DNA of 40,616 nucleotides, taken from assembly GCA_964584555.1 (NCBI GenBank), contig CAZPBT010000004.1, positions 1 to 40,616 on the forward strand, in the 5' to 3' direction. Position 1 is the stretch's first letter. Each line of letters begins with the position of its first letter. This document shows, in pieces, positions 24,664 to 33,409 of the stretch. The notes beneath the pieces were generated by a model. The model ran no database searches and was not told the DNA's origin. It was given only the letters and a program-made list of their open reading frames with translations. The DNA is from an uncultured Chitinophagales bacterium. Its GTDB lineage: Bacteria; Bacteroidota; Bacteroidia; Chitinophagales; JADIYW01. A program made the translations under genes and the position numbers.

Positions 24664-25449
24664 TTGAATATACTCGAACAAATAACAGCCTATAAAAAGG
24701 AATATATTGCGAATAGCAAGTCGCAGAAAAGTGTCCGGGATTTGGAAAGAGAAGAATTGTTTAAGAGAAATTGTTATTCCTTAAAAGACAGATTACAAAT
24801 AGAGGATCTTACCGGAATTATTGCGGAGTTTAAACGAAAATCGCCTTCAAAAGGAATTATAAATAAGAATGCAAAAGTAGAAGATGTCGTAAAATCATAC
24901 GAAGAATATGGTGCAGCAGGAGTTTCAGTTTTGACGGATGAATTATTTTTCGGAGGAAGTTATACGGATTTTTCAACTGCACGCAACAGTATTTCAATTC
25001 CCTTATTGCGAAAAGATTTCATGATAGATGAATATCAGTTTATAGAAGCCAAAGCATGGGGTGCCGATGTAGTATTGCTGATTGCAGCTATACTTTCCCC
25101 ACATCAAGTTCGTGATTTTACCAATTTAGCGCATGATTTGAGTTTAGAAGTATTGCTTGAACTGCATGATGAAACCGAACTTAATCATGTATATCATCAA
25201 GTGGATATGGTTGGAATTAACAACCGCAATTTGAAAACATTTGAAGTAGATATTGCACAGTCGATACGAATGGCAAACTATTTGGGTAAAGATTTTACCA
25301 AAATTGCAGAAAGTGGCATTTCTTCAGTTGAAACACTTATGCATTTTAGAAATAACGGCTTTCAAGGATTTTTAATGGGCGAATATTTTATGAAAGCAGA
25401 AAAACCCGGTCTTGCTTTTAAAGAGTTTACTGAGAAGCTAGAAGTTTAG
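24664..25449 (+). CDS. trpC: Indole-3-glycerol-phosphate synthase
   Basis: 261-aa ORF with a TTG start. Motifs MNILEQITAYKKEYI, IIAEFKRKSPSKG, SVLTD..FFGGS, LLRKDFMIDEYQ and VGINNRNLKTFEV. Confidence 0.9.
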   Translation: MNILEQITAYKKEYIANSKSQKSVRDLEREELFKRNCYSLKDRLQIEDLTGIIAEFKRKSPSKGIINKNAKVEDVVKSYEEYGAAGVSVLTDELFFGGSYTDFSTARNSISIPLLRKDFMIDEYQFIEAKAWGADVVLLIAAILSPHQVRDFTNLAHDLSLEVLLELHDETELNHVYHQVDMVGINNRNLKTFEVDIAQSIRMANYLGKDFTKIAESGISSVETLMHFRNNGFQGFLMGEYFMKAEKPGLAFKEFTEKLEV

Positions 25450-25543
25450 GCTTCAAGCAAATAATTCATCTTCAATAAGTTATATATTTTTTTGCTATTG
25501 CATGCTTTGTGATTTTTACATAAATTTAATGTAAAGTAATTGA

Positions 25544-26035
25544 ATGCTAAAATTTTTTACAATTTGCCTAAGCGCATTTTTAATTTGTTTTTCGTCTGAT
25601 GTGTCAGCACAGTCAGTAACTATTGACAGCTCATGGAATAACCATTTTATTGAGAGATATTCAAAGGCAATTATTAAAAATGATTCTGCACTTTATATTG
25701 AATTATTAATATCTCAGCATGAGATGGATTCTATAGTGACAAAATTGAAAATAGAAAATCCCAACTGTATAACGGATATAGAACAAAACATGACAGCGAA
25801 TCGGTTAGAAAAGCAATTTCATCTTGTGGTCTCTTTCTTTCGTAATTTAAAATCACTAAATTTTGGAAAAGGTTATGAAATTAATGGTTGCGGAGATATT
25901 AAAGGGTTAAAATTTAATATCTATGGCAGCTGTGGCCCACAAAAAGCAGTTCGTAGCCGTACACTAACATTCCTGAAATTCAACAATGATACTTATAGGC
26001 TATTATTTGATATACCTGTTGGAAACTCAAATTAA
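25544..26035 (+). CDS. Small secreted hypothetical protein, 21 nt upstream of the giant T9SS gene
   Basis: 163-aa ORF with a signal peptide (CFSSDVSA-QS). I recognise no family. Confidence 0.6.
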   Translation: MLKFFTICLSAFLICFSSDVSAQSVTIDSSWNNHFIERYSKAIIKNDSALYIELLISQHEMDSIVTKLKIENPNCITDIEQNMTANRLEKQFHLVVSFFRNLKSLNFGKGYEINGCGDIKGLKFNIYGSCGPQKAVRSRTLTFLKFNNDTYRLLFDIPVGNSN

Positions 26036-26056
26036 TAAACTTAAAAACCAAATACC

Positions 26057-29000
26057 ATGAATTATAAATTTTACAAAATAACCTTAAGTCTGATTTTTTT
26101 ATTGCTTTCAGGCATTTATGTCCAGGCTCAAAATTATAATGACGGCAGAATCCGACTTCGTGTTTGGATACATAAAGTTTGGTCTAATTCTAATTGTGGC
26201 GAAATTGGCAATCAGGAATATCGCTTTAAGGGAGTACGTTGCCGCATACCGGATGGTAGTGGCGGTTTTGCTTATTCCAATTCTTATAATATTGCATTTA
26301 GCGGTGATAATAATCGCTATTACGATGCCAGTCAGTTTACACCCACACCGGCAGCAATGTCTTACGATGGTGTAGCAAGTGGCTATAAAATTATTGATAA
26401 TTCGTATCCGGCTACTTTAGTCCCCAATCAATTTGAAGTAATCATGTCAGAGGCCTTTGAAGAAGATTGCGAGAGTAGCGGATTGCTGGATTGCGGACAA
26501 GGTACTTATAATATTTATGACCAGTGTTGTTGTTTGTTTGGCATCTGTGCAAGTTCTGATGAATATTTGGGTTCCGGTCAGTGGACTGGTGTTTTGTTTA
26601 GAGGTGCAGAACCCGGTAAAATTAATATCACGCAACCTTTTGTAATAAATCCTCAAGATGAACATTCTTATTCTGTAGCTTTTGCCTACCAATGGGATTG
26701 GATAGATCCACTTTTGCCGACATGCTCATCACCAAAATATTCGGACGGTTCAAATGCAAGTCCGATTGCACTTACTGTAGAATTTGATAAAGTTTTTAGC
26801 GATGTAGATTGGGATGGAGGATTAGGTTGTGGTACAGGTGTGGCAGGTGATGAAGATTTGAGATTAAAGTTCAGAACGAAAGATAATATCACAGGAGCTA
26901 TGCCTGCTTGGGGCGCATCAGCTATACATATTAACCAAAATATACCAAAATGGAATGATCCTGCGAATACGACAATATTTTCTAAATCTTACCTAACTGC
27001 AGATCAAAATATGGAATCTGTAGATATTGAATATGACTTATGGGAAGAAGATGGTTTTACCCAGACTGTTTTTGGTAATACCTATGTACCCTGCGGTGAT
27101 GCCAACTGGGACAATAACTACAATCCAAATTGTTCGGTAACTGTTTTAGGTATTACTGTATCTTGGCAAGGTGATGACGACAGAGCAACAGGTACATTTA
27201 ATTTAAACTGGAGAAATAGCCCACCTAATACAGATAATTTTGTGGAAATTCCGGTACGGTTAAGTGGCAGCCAGTATTCAAGTTGGATTGTACGTTTAAA
27301 GTACAGATGGAATATTGCCAATCCATCAGCTAATATGCCTGATGCCGATTATTTAAGATGTGTAGGTACTGCACTAACGCTTACACCTGCATCTACTACC
27401 AATGCTACATATTACCAATGGCAGGTGGCAGATGTAACGACCACAGGAGCACCTATTTGTCCGGCAACAGCAAACTGGACAAATATCTCAGGTGCAATTT
27501 GTTCATCTTATACTGTTCCACAAACTCCAGGAACCAGAATATATCGCTTAGCAGTTTACAATAGAAATGGTACCGGTAGTAAAACTTCTTCAGGTGGACG
27601 ATATGCCGTTTCCTATTCAGGATGCCAGCGCGTAACCTATTTGCCTTATGCACCTCCAATTGTAAGTACTGCATGTGGCGGTTCTGTACCATCCGGTACT
27701 TATACGTTTTCTGCAACACCTTCGCCTGGTATTTCAGCAATCGGTTCGGCAGTTACATATACATGGTCAGTATCTCCGTCTGCCGGTGTTGTATTCCCGA
27801 GCGGAAATACAGGCGCAAGTATTCCAATTACGTTTCCATCTACACCACAAACCTATACCATTACACTTACGGTGTCGGGTGGCGGTTGCGCTACGGCAAA
27901 TACAACATGTATCGTGAAAGTAGTGGGTACAACCTGTAATTATATAAATGTTTCGCCTACCGGAAATGATGCTACAGGTGATGGTTCTACTTCATTACCT
28001 TATGCCACTTTACAAAAAGCACTCAATACCGCAAGCGGCGAAAATAATCATATCCGCCTGCTTAATGGAAATTATGCTGCTACCACTACTAAAATCACAG
28101 TGCCGGCATCTGCCAGTGGTATAGGTTTAATTGTTGACGGTGGTTATGAGATAGATGCTACTAATGGTGACTGGAGAAAAGTAACCAATGCAAAATCTAT
28201 TTTTCACATTAACTCTGCTTTGGAAACTGCTGCTTATGATGGAGCATCAGGAACAACAGTCGGATTTTATAAAGGATTAGATATTATAAACATCTCCAAT
28301 GTCGTGATTGAAGATTTACAATTTTTTGTAAAGGCAGGAACAAATAATGGAATAAGTTCAGGTACTGCTGTAGGCTCTACGCCGACAAGTAACCGCGGTA
28401 ATTCTGTATTTGGAGTGTATATAAGGAATTCAAATACCATAAATTTTAACAGAGTAATCGTTATTACTGGACAAGCAGGGCAAGGAGCTAATGGTACAAA
28501 TGGAACGAATGGTTATTCAGGTGAAAACGGAAATAATGGAGCAGCTGGTGACTGTGATGATGATAATACGAGCAATTATGGTGGTAATGGGGGAAGAGGT
28601 GCCGGTAATGGCTCAAGTATTGGTGGCGGTGCAGCAGGTGGAGGTGGTTTGTCATCGTCAGGCACACCTGATGGTGGAAACCCTGGTGGAGCTGGACAGA
28701 CTTCTAACAACAATAGGCATGGTGGCGGAGGCGGAGGTGGTGCCGGTGGTGCCGGAGAAGCGCGTAATGGTCAAGGTGGTGGAAATGGAGGAACTGGTGG
28801 AAATACAGGAAATGGAGGTGCTGGAGGTATTAGCTATGGAGGCGGTGGAGGAAGTTCAGGTTCAGGAACAAATTGTGACAGAGATGGACGAAAAGGACAA
28901 GATGGTTCTGCTGGAGCAAATGGTACAGATGCCTCAACTACAGCACCTGCAAATGCAAATGGTTACTCATTTTATATTTTACCCAACGGGCAATCTGCTT

Positions 29001-31912
29001 CAGGCGTAAGTGATGGCTATGGAGGTGGAGGCGGTGAAGGTGGAGGTGCTGGTGCCGGACAAGGTGGTACTTGGGTAGTAGATGGAACCGGAAGCGATGG
29101 CGGCGGTGGCGGTGGTGGAGGAGAAGGTGGCACCGTTGGTACAGGCGGATGGGGAGGTGGTACTTCTGTTACGTATTATGTTTATGGAGGAAATATTACA
29201 ATTGAATATCCAAATTATACCCCCGGAGCTGCCGGTGCAGGAGGAAATTTAGGAACAGGAGGCAGTGGAGGCAATGGTGGAACAGGCGGTTGTGGTGGAG
29301 GTGGAAATAACATATCCTTAACTGCCGGAAATTCATTAAGTGCCGGAACAAGTGGAACTACAGGTTGCAGTACAGGAAGGGTTTGTGGTAATTGTGAAGT
29401 AGGCGCTGGCGGACAAGGAGGACGTGGTGGTGCCGGTGGTAAAGGCGGTGATGGGCAGCCCGGTGCGGCAGGATTGTCTTCAGGTCTTATACAAGTAAAT
29501 TCTCCTGTTGTAAATTTTGTCTTAAATTCATTAACCACTACTAACACACTTAAAGCAAATTATAGAAGAGGATGTACAAATTCTCAGGTGTTATTAACCA
29601 AGTCCGGTGGAAATGCATTTGATTTAGTCAATATGGGGAATCCCGTTGTAATGTCTGATATTACTCCTGTAACAGGAAGCACTAGTAATGTAATTGGAGC
29701 TGTTACGGATTTAAAAGTAGCTTATAACAATGTTGGAAAATACGGAATTAAATTAGTTGGAGATTTTGAATGGGATGATTTTATTCGCATAAAAGATATT
29801 CGTCAAAAACCAAGTATATTAGTTACTCCGGAAGAAAATGGAATTACCCGTATTTGTAGTGGCGAAACCGTCAACTTACAAAGTACACCAAGTAATCCAA
29901 ATTCAGCCGGTCAGCAATATGAATGGGTGATTCAACAGCTATACCCCGGAAGCATTACCGGTTTAGTTGCACCAGCTCCAATTGCTACTTATACGACTGA
30001 AGATCCCGGAAATGTAAACGTATTTACAAATACATCTACAGACAGCGTTGTATACCAAATACGATACAGAACTTTTGATAAATGCTGCGGTTGGTCAGTT
30101 TCTGTCTATGACTCTGTTATTGTTTATCCAGCAATGACAGCTCCGAATGCCCCGGTAAAAGTACCAAACTCAGCTACAGTTTGTACAGGTGGAACACTTA
30201 CAATTGCAACACCAACAGGAGGTGGTGGTGGAGCAACAACTGCAACTTCACAAACATGCGGTTATATTTACAATTATTCTACCGATAATGGTTCTATTTG
30301 GTCGGGTTGGTCAAATACGCTGCCAGTACTAACTGCTTTACAAGGTACTACGATAATAAAAGTTGCCTATCGCTGTGTTCGTTCTACCGGAAACTGTGAT
30401 ACCTTATTTGCACCTTCAGATGCAGCATGGACAGTATATGAGCAACCAACAGCATCAGCAGGAATTGATAATATAATATATTGCGGAACTACACCTTCTG
30501 CAATTTTAACAGCTGCTACGCCTACTATAGGTACAGGGCTTTGGTCTCAAGTTTCAGGAGCTTCTAATTCACCGGATATTCCACCGGGTACTAATCAAAC
30601 TATTTCAGTTGTTAATATTCCATGGTCATCTACTAATAATACTTATCGTTGGACAGTTACAAATGGAACATGTACTGCATTTCAAGATGTAACCATCTTA
30701 TTAAATACTACACAAAATCTGAGTGTTATATCTCAAGATACTTTGGGTTGTTATTTATGCCCTGTAGTTGACGGTAATACTTATTATTATCTGGACTATT
30801 CAGGGAAAATAATTTTAAAAATTACAGACTTGAATAATACAACTACAACTCCGAACAGTCCTTCATATTCAACAGCATCATTAGGTGAAACAGAAGTTTG
30901 TTTAAGAATACCGGTGCCGAATATCGCACCATCGCCGAGAGTAATTACTAATCACTATGGAGATTACATGCCTTATTTAGATAGGTATTGGACGATAAAA
31001 CCTCAAAATCCGAATTTACACGCCATGGTAACACTCTATTTTACAGCTGCAGAATATAATAATTTGAAAACTGCGGCAACTGGAACACCTTATCAATTCA
31101 GTTTACCGACTGCCTTACAAGTAAGTAAGTGGCCGGGTGGAGGCGGTGGCGCTTTTGACGGACCTGATAATATTCTGAATCAAAATAACAGACCGGGCGG
31201 AGTTATGTTGCCTGGCGGAAACGGATATTACGGAGGAAATGCAACATGGACAACTCCTTTATTTAATACATACAACTCCGATTATCAGGTTTCATTTATT
31301 ATTGATACTTTCTCTACCTTTTATATACATCCTGTACGTTTTCCTTATGAAGTTTTACCTGTAGAATTAGTATCATTTACCGGTACCAATGAAGGTGAAC
31401 GGAATCGTTTAAATTGGGTGACTTCTTCCGAAATAAATACTGCAAAATTTATTATTGAAGAATCTGCTGATGGCAATAACTGGACATATTTAGGCGAAAC
31501 AAATGCTGCAGGAAATAGTAACACAAGTTTGAGCTATCAATATTTTGATGAATCAGTTCTCATTGGGAATAATTTCTACCGACTGAAAATTACAGACTTA
31601 GATGGTACATATTCATACAGTCAAGTAATTAATATTAAAGTGAATGAGGTGCATAGTAATGTTCTAGCCGCAATTTATCCGAATCCTACCAGTCATATTA
31701 TAAATATAGACATACAGTCTACCGAAAATATAGATGTAAACTTAACTATTTATGATATTCTAGGTCAGGAAATGATTTCTCAAAATGCAACACTTACCAA
31801 AGGCATAAGTAAACACAGTATAGATTGTTCCAATTTAGCAAGAGGAACATATATTATTATGTATAAAGATGCAGATGGTAAATTACAACAAGGAAAGTTT
31901 GTTAAAGATTAA
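26057..31912 (+). CDS. Giant (1951 aa) secreted multidomain T9SS cargo protein: unassigned Cys/acidic N-terminal module, Ig-like repeats, right-handed beta-helix, glycine-rich collagen-like core, more Ig-like repeats, T9SS C-terminal sorting domain
   Basis: Signal peptide (LSGIYVQA-QN). A DUF1565/pectate-lyase-like beta-helix starts at YINVSPTGNDATGDGSTSLPYATLQKAL (aa ~628). The Gly-rich region spans aa ~805-1140. Repeated C.G..L...(Y/W).W Ig-like modules are present. The C-terminus IYPNPTSHIINIDIQ...LTIYDILGQE...GTYIIMY is typical of the Por/T9SS sorting domain. Confidence 0.85.
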   Translation: MNYKFYKITLSLIFLLLSGIYVQAQNYNDGRIRLRVWIHKVWSNSNCGEIGNQEYRFKGVRCRIPDGSGGFAYSNSYNIAFSGDNNRYYDASQFTPTPAAMSYDGVASGYKIIDNSYPATLVPNQFEVIMSEAFEEDCESSGLLDCGQGTYNIYDQCCCLFGICASSDEYLGSGQWTGVLFRGAEPGKINITQPFVINPQDEHSYSVAFAYQWDWIDPLLPTCSSPKYSDGSNASPIALTVEFDKVFSDVDWDGGLGCGTGVAGDEDLRLKFRTKDNITGAMPAWGASAIHINQNIPKWNDPANTTIFSKSYLTADQNMESVDIEYDLWEEDGFTQTVFGNTYVPCGDANWDNNYNPNCSVTVLGITVSWQGDDDRATGTFNLNWRNSPPNTDNFVEIPVRLSGSQYSSWIVRLKYRWNIANPSANMPDADYLRCVGTALTLTPASTTNATYYQWQVADVTTTGAPICPATANWTNISGAICSSYTVPQTPGTRIYRLAVYNRNGTGSKTSSGGRYAVSYSGCQRVTYLPYAPPIVSTACGGSVPSGTYTFSATPSPGISAIGSAVTYTWSVSPSAGVVFPSGNTGASIPITFPSTPQTYTITLTVSGGGCATANTTCIVKVVGTTCNYINVSPTGNDATGDGSTSLPYATLQKALNTASGENNHIRLLNGNYAATTTKITVPASASGIGLIVDGGYEIDATNGDWRKVTNAKSIFHINSALETAAYDGASGTTVGFYKGLDIINISNVVIEDLQFFVKAGTNNGISSGTAVGSTPTSNRGNSVFGVYIRNSNTINFNRVIVITGQAGQGANGTNGTNGYSGENGNNGAAGDCDDDNTSNYGGNGGRGAGNGSSIGGGAAGGGGLSSSGTPDGGNPGGAGQTSNNNRHGGGGGGGAGGAGEARNGQGGGNGGTGGNTGNGGAGGISYGGGGGSSGSGTNCDRDGRKGQDGSAGANGTDASTTAPANANGYSFYILPNGQSASGVSDGYGGGGGEGGGAGAGQGGTWVVDGTGSDGGGGGGGGEGGTVGTGGWGGGTSVTYYVYGGNITIEYPNYTPGAAGAGGNLGTGGSGGNGGTGGCGGGGNNISLTAGNSLSAGTSGTTGCSTGRVCGNCEVGAGGQGGRGGAGGKGGDGQPGAAGLSSGLIQVNSPVVNFVLNSLTTTNTLKANYRRGCTNSQVLLTKSGGNAFDLVNMGNPVVMSDITPVTGSTSNVIGAVTDLKVAYNNVGKYGIKLVGDFEWDDFIRIKDIRQKPSILVTPEENGITRICSGETVNLQSTPSNPNSAGQQYEWVIQQLYPGSITGLVAPAPIATYTTEDPGNVNVFTNTSTDSVVYQIRYRTFDKCCGWSVSVYDSVIVYPAMTAPNAPVKVPNSATVCTGGTLTIATPTGGGGGATTATSQTCGYIYNYSTDNGSIWSGWSNTLPVLTALQGTTIIKVAYRCVRSTGNCDTLFAPSDAAWTVYEQPTASAGIDNIIYCGTTPSAILTAATPTIGTGLWSQVSGASNSPDIPPGTNQTISVVNIPWSSTNNTYRWTVTNGTCTAFQDVTILLNTTQNLSVISQDTLGCYLCPVVDGNTYYYLDYSGKIILKITDLNNTTTTPNSPSYSTASLGETEVCLRIPVPNIAPSPRVITNHYGDYMPYLDRYWTIKPQNPNLHAMVTLYFTAAEYNNLKTAATGTPYQFSLPTALQVSKWPGGGGGAFDGPDNILNQNNRPGGVMLPGGNGYYGGNATWTTPLFNTYNSDYQVSFIIDTFSTFYIHPVRFPYEVLPVELVSFTGTNEGERNRLNWVTSSEINTAKFIIEESADGNNWTYLGETNAAGNSNTSLSYQYFDESVLIGNNFYRLKITDLDGTYSYSQVINIKVNEVHSNVLAAIYPNPTSHIINIDIQSTENIDVNLTIYDILGQEMISQNATLTKGISKHSIDCSNLARGTYIIMYKDADGKLQQGKFVKD

Positions 31913-31926
31913 TATGGGGGTTGAAA

Positions 31927-31962
31927 ACAATCAGGGGCTGCCGAAGGCAGCCCCTGATTGTC
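31927..31962. terminator. Bidirectional intrinsic terminator hairpin
   Basis: ACAATCAGGGGCTGCC-GAAG-GGCAGCCCCTGATTGT forms a 16-bp perfect, GC-rich stem with a 4-nt loop. It lies between convergent genes ending at 31912 and 31977. Confidence 0.8.
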
Positions 31963-31976
31963 GTATTCGTGATTTC

Positions 31977-32714
31977 TTATTTGTTGTAAATATACTTATT
32001 CTTTAATACGGCCCATTTCATTTGCAACACGCCCCAAACGGCTTCCTTTATAATTCCACCGCTCATTTTTGAGGTACCCAATTCTCTGTCTTTAAATGTA
32101 ATGGGCACTTCTATCACTTTTAATTCAAGCATCCATACAGCTAATTTCATTTCTATCTGAAAGGCATAGCCTACGAACGTAATATTGTCGAAATTGATGT
32201 GTTGCAGCGTTTCTCTGCGATAACAAACAAAGCCTGCAGTCGTATCTTTTATCCGCATGCCGGTGATAATACGCACATATTTTGAGGCAAACCAAGATAA
32301 AAACAACCTGTCCCACGACCAGTTTTTTACATCACCGCCTTTAACATAGCGCGAACCTACCGCCAGATAAGCACCTTTGTTTTCACAGGCATCTAATAAT
32401 GCCAGCAATTTTTCAGGTGGGTGTGAAAAGTCAGAATCCATCTCAAAGATGTAGGAATAATGATGATCCAATGCCCATTTAAACCCGGTGATATATGCCG
32501 TACCCAAACCCGATTTGCCTTTGCGTTCCAGTAAATGTATTTTTCCCTCGTGTACCTTCATCAACGATTTTACAATGTCTGCAGTGCCATCAGGTGAACC
32601 GTCATCAACAATTAAAATCTCAAATCTGTCTGAAAGATTAAGCACAAAAGGTAATATTGTAGCAATATTTTCCTTTTCATTATAAGTGGGCATTATTATC
32701 AGACAATCTCTCAA
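31977..32714 (-). CDS. GT2 polyprenol-phosphate mannosyltransferase (dolichol-phosphate mannose synthase-like)
   Basis: 245-aa ORF. Motifs IIMPTYNEKENI, ILIVDDGSPDGT and EMDSDFSHPP (DxD region). The start is either the TTG at 32714 or the ATG at 32693. TAnnTTTG-like boxes lie at 32735-32742 and 32717-32724 (minus strand). Confidence 0.85.
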   Translation of the reverse strand: MRDCLIIMPTYNEKENIATILPFVLNLSDRFEILIVDDGSPDGTADIVKSLMKVHEGKIHLLERKGKSGLGTAYITGFKWALDHHYSYIFEMDSDFSHPPEKLLALLDACENKGAYLAVGSRYVKGGDVKNWSWDRLFLSWFASKYVRIITGMRIKDTTAGFVCYRRETLQHINFDNITFVGYAFQIEMKLAVWMLELKVIEVPITFKDRELGTSKMSGGIIKEAVWGVLQMKWAVLKNKYIYNK

Positions 32715-32811
32715 AACAAAATTATATAAGAGCGCAAAAATACGAATTCAATTTGCTAAATAGGAATTCAGCCTAACTATTTTGCTATAATTTCGTTAAT
32801 AAGTGTAAAAG

Positions 32812-33402
32812 CTACCTGTATTTCTTTATCAGTGTTTCCACATATTTGCCAATCACATCAAATTCGATGTTTACTACTGTACCTGTTTTATAGGTATGAA
32901 AAAGGGTATGCCGGAAAGTATAGGGAATAATTGAGACGATAAATTTTCTTTTTTTAGCCTTTACAACGGTGAGAGAAACACCATCAATACAAACCGAGCC
33001 TTTGTCCACCAGCGTGAATTTAGGTTTCTTGATAAACTTAACGGTAAAGTTCCAGCTTCCTTCTTTTTCTTCTATATCATATATTTCAGCGGTTTGGTCT
33101 ACATGACCTTGCACTATATGCCCGTCAAATCTTGTGTTGTCAGACATGGCGCGCTCTACGTTTATTTTATCACCAATTTTCAGGTTGTTCAAGTTTGTTT
33201 TTTGTAGCGTTTCATCTATGGCTACTACGGTATGTGTTGTATTTGTTTTGGATACCACTGTCAGGCAAACGCCATTATGAGCAACGCTTTGGTCAATTTT
33301 CAACGCATTAGAAAAAGCGCATTTAACAGTGATAATCAGATTATCTCCTTTTCGGTTGAGTTGTGTTATTTCACCTATATTTTCAATAATTCCTGTAAAC
33401 AT
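32812..33402 (-). CDS. ribE: Riboflavin synthase alpha chain
   Basis: 196-aa ORF. N-terminal MFTGIIENIGEI. Duplicated lumazine-binding barrels (SVAHNGVCLTV and SVCIDGVSLTV). Confidence 0.9.
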   Translation of the reverse strand: MFTGIIENIGEITQLNRKGDNLIITVKCAFSNALKIDQSVAHNGVCLTVVSKTNTTHTVVAIDETLQKTNLNNLKIGDKINVERAMSDNTRFDGHIVQGHVDQTAEIYDIEEKEGSWNFTVKFIKKPKFTLVDKGSVCIDGVSLTVVKAKKRKFIVSIIPYTFRHTLFHTYKTGTVVNIEFDVIGKYVETLIKKYR

Positions 33403-33409
33403 GATGTAC

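Noticed and set aside
28491-29547. 172-aa plus-strand (Met/Val/Glu-rich) and 110-aa minus-strand (Pro-rich) ORFs inside the glycine-rich region; other internal ORFs at 26118-27939
   Set aside because: They are alternative-frame artefacts of GGN-biased DNA, and the main frame is continuous for 1951 codons with recognisable flanking domains.
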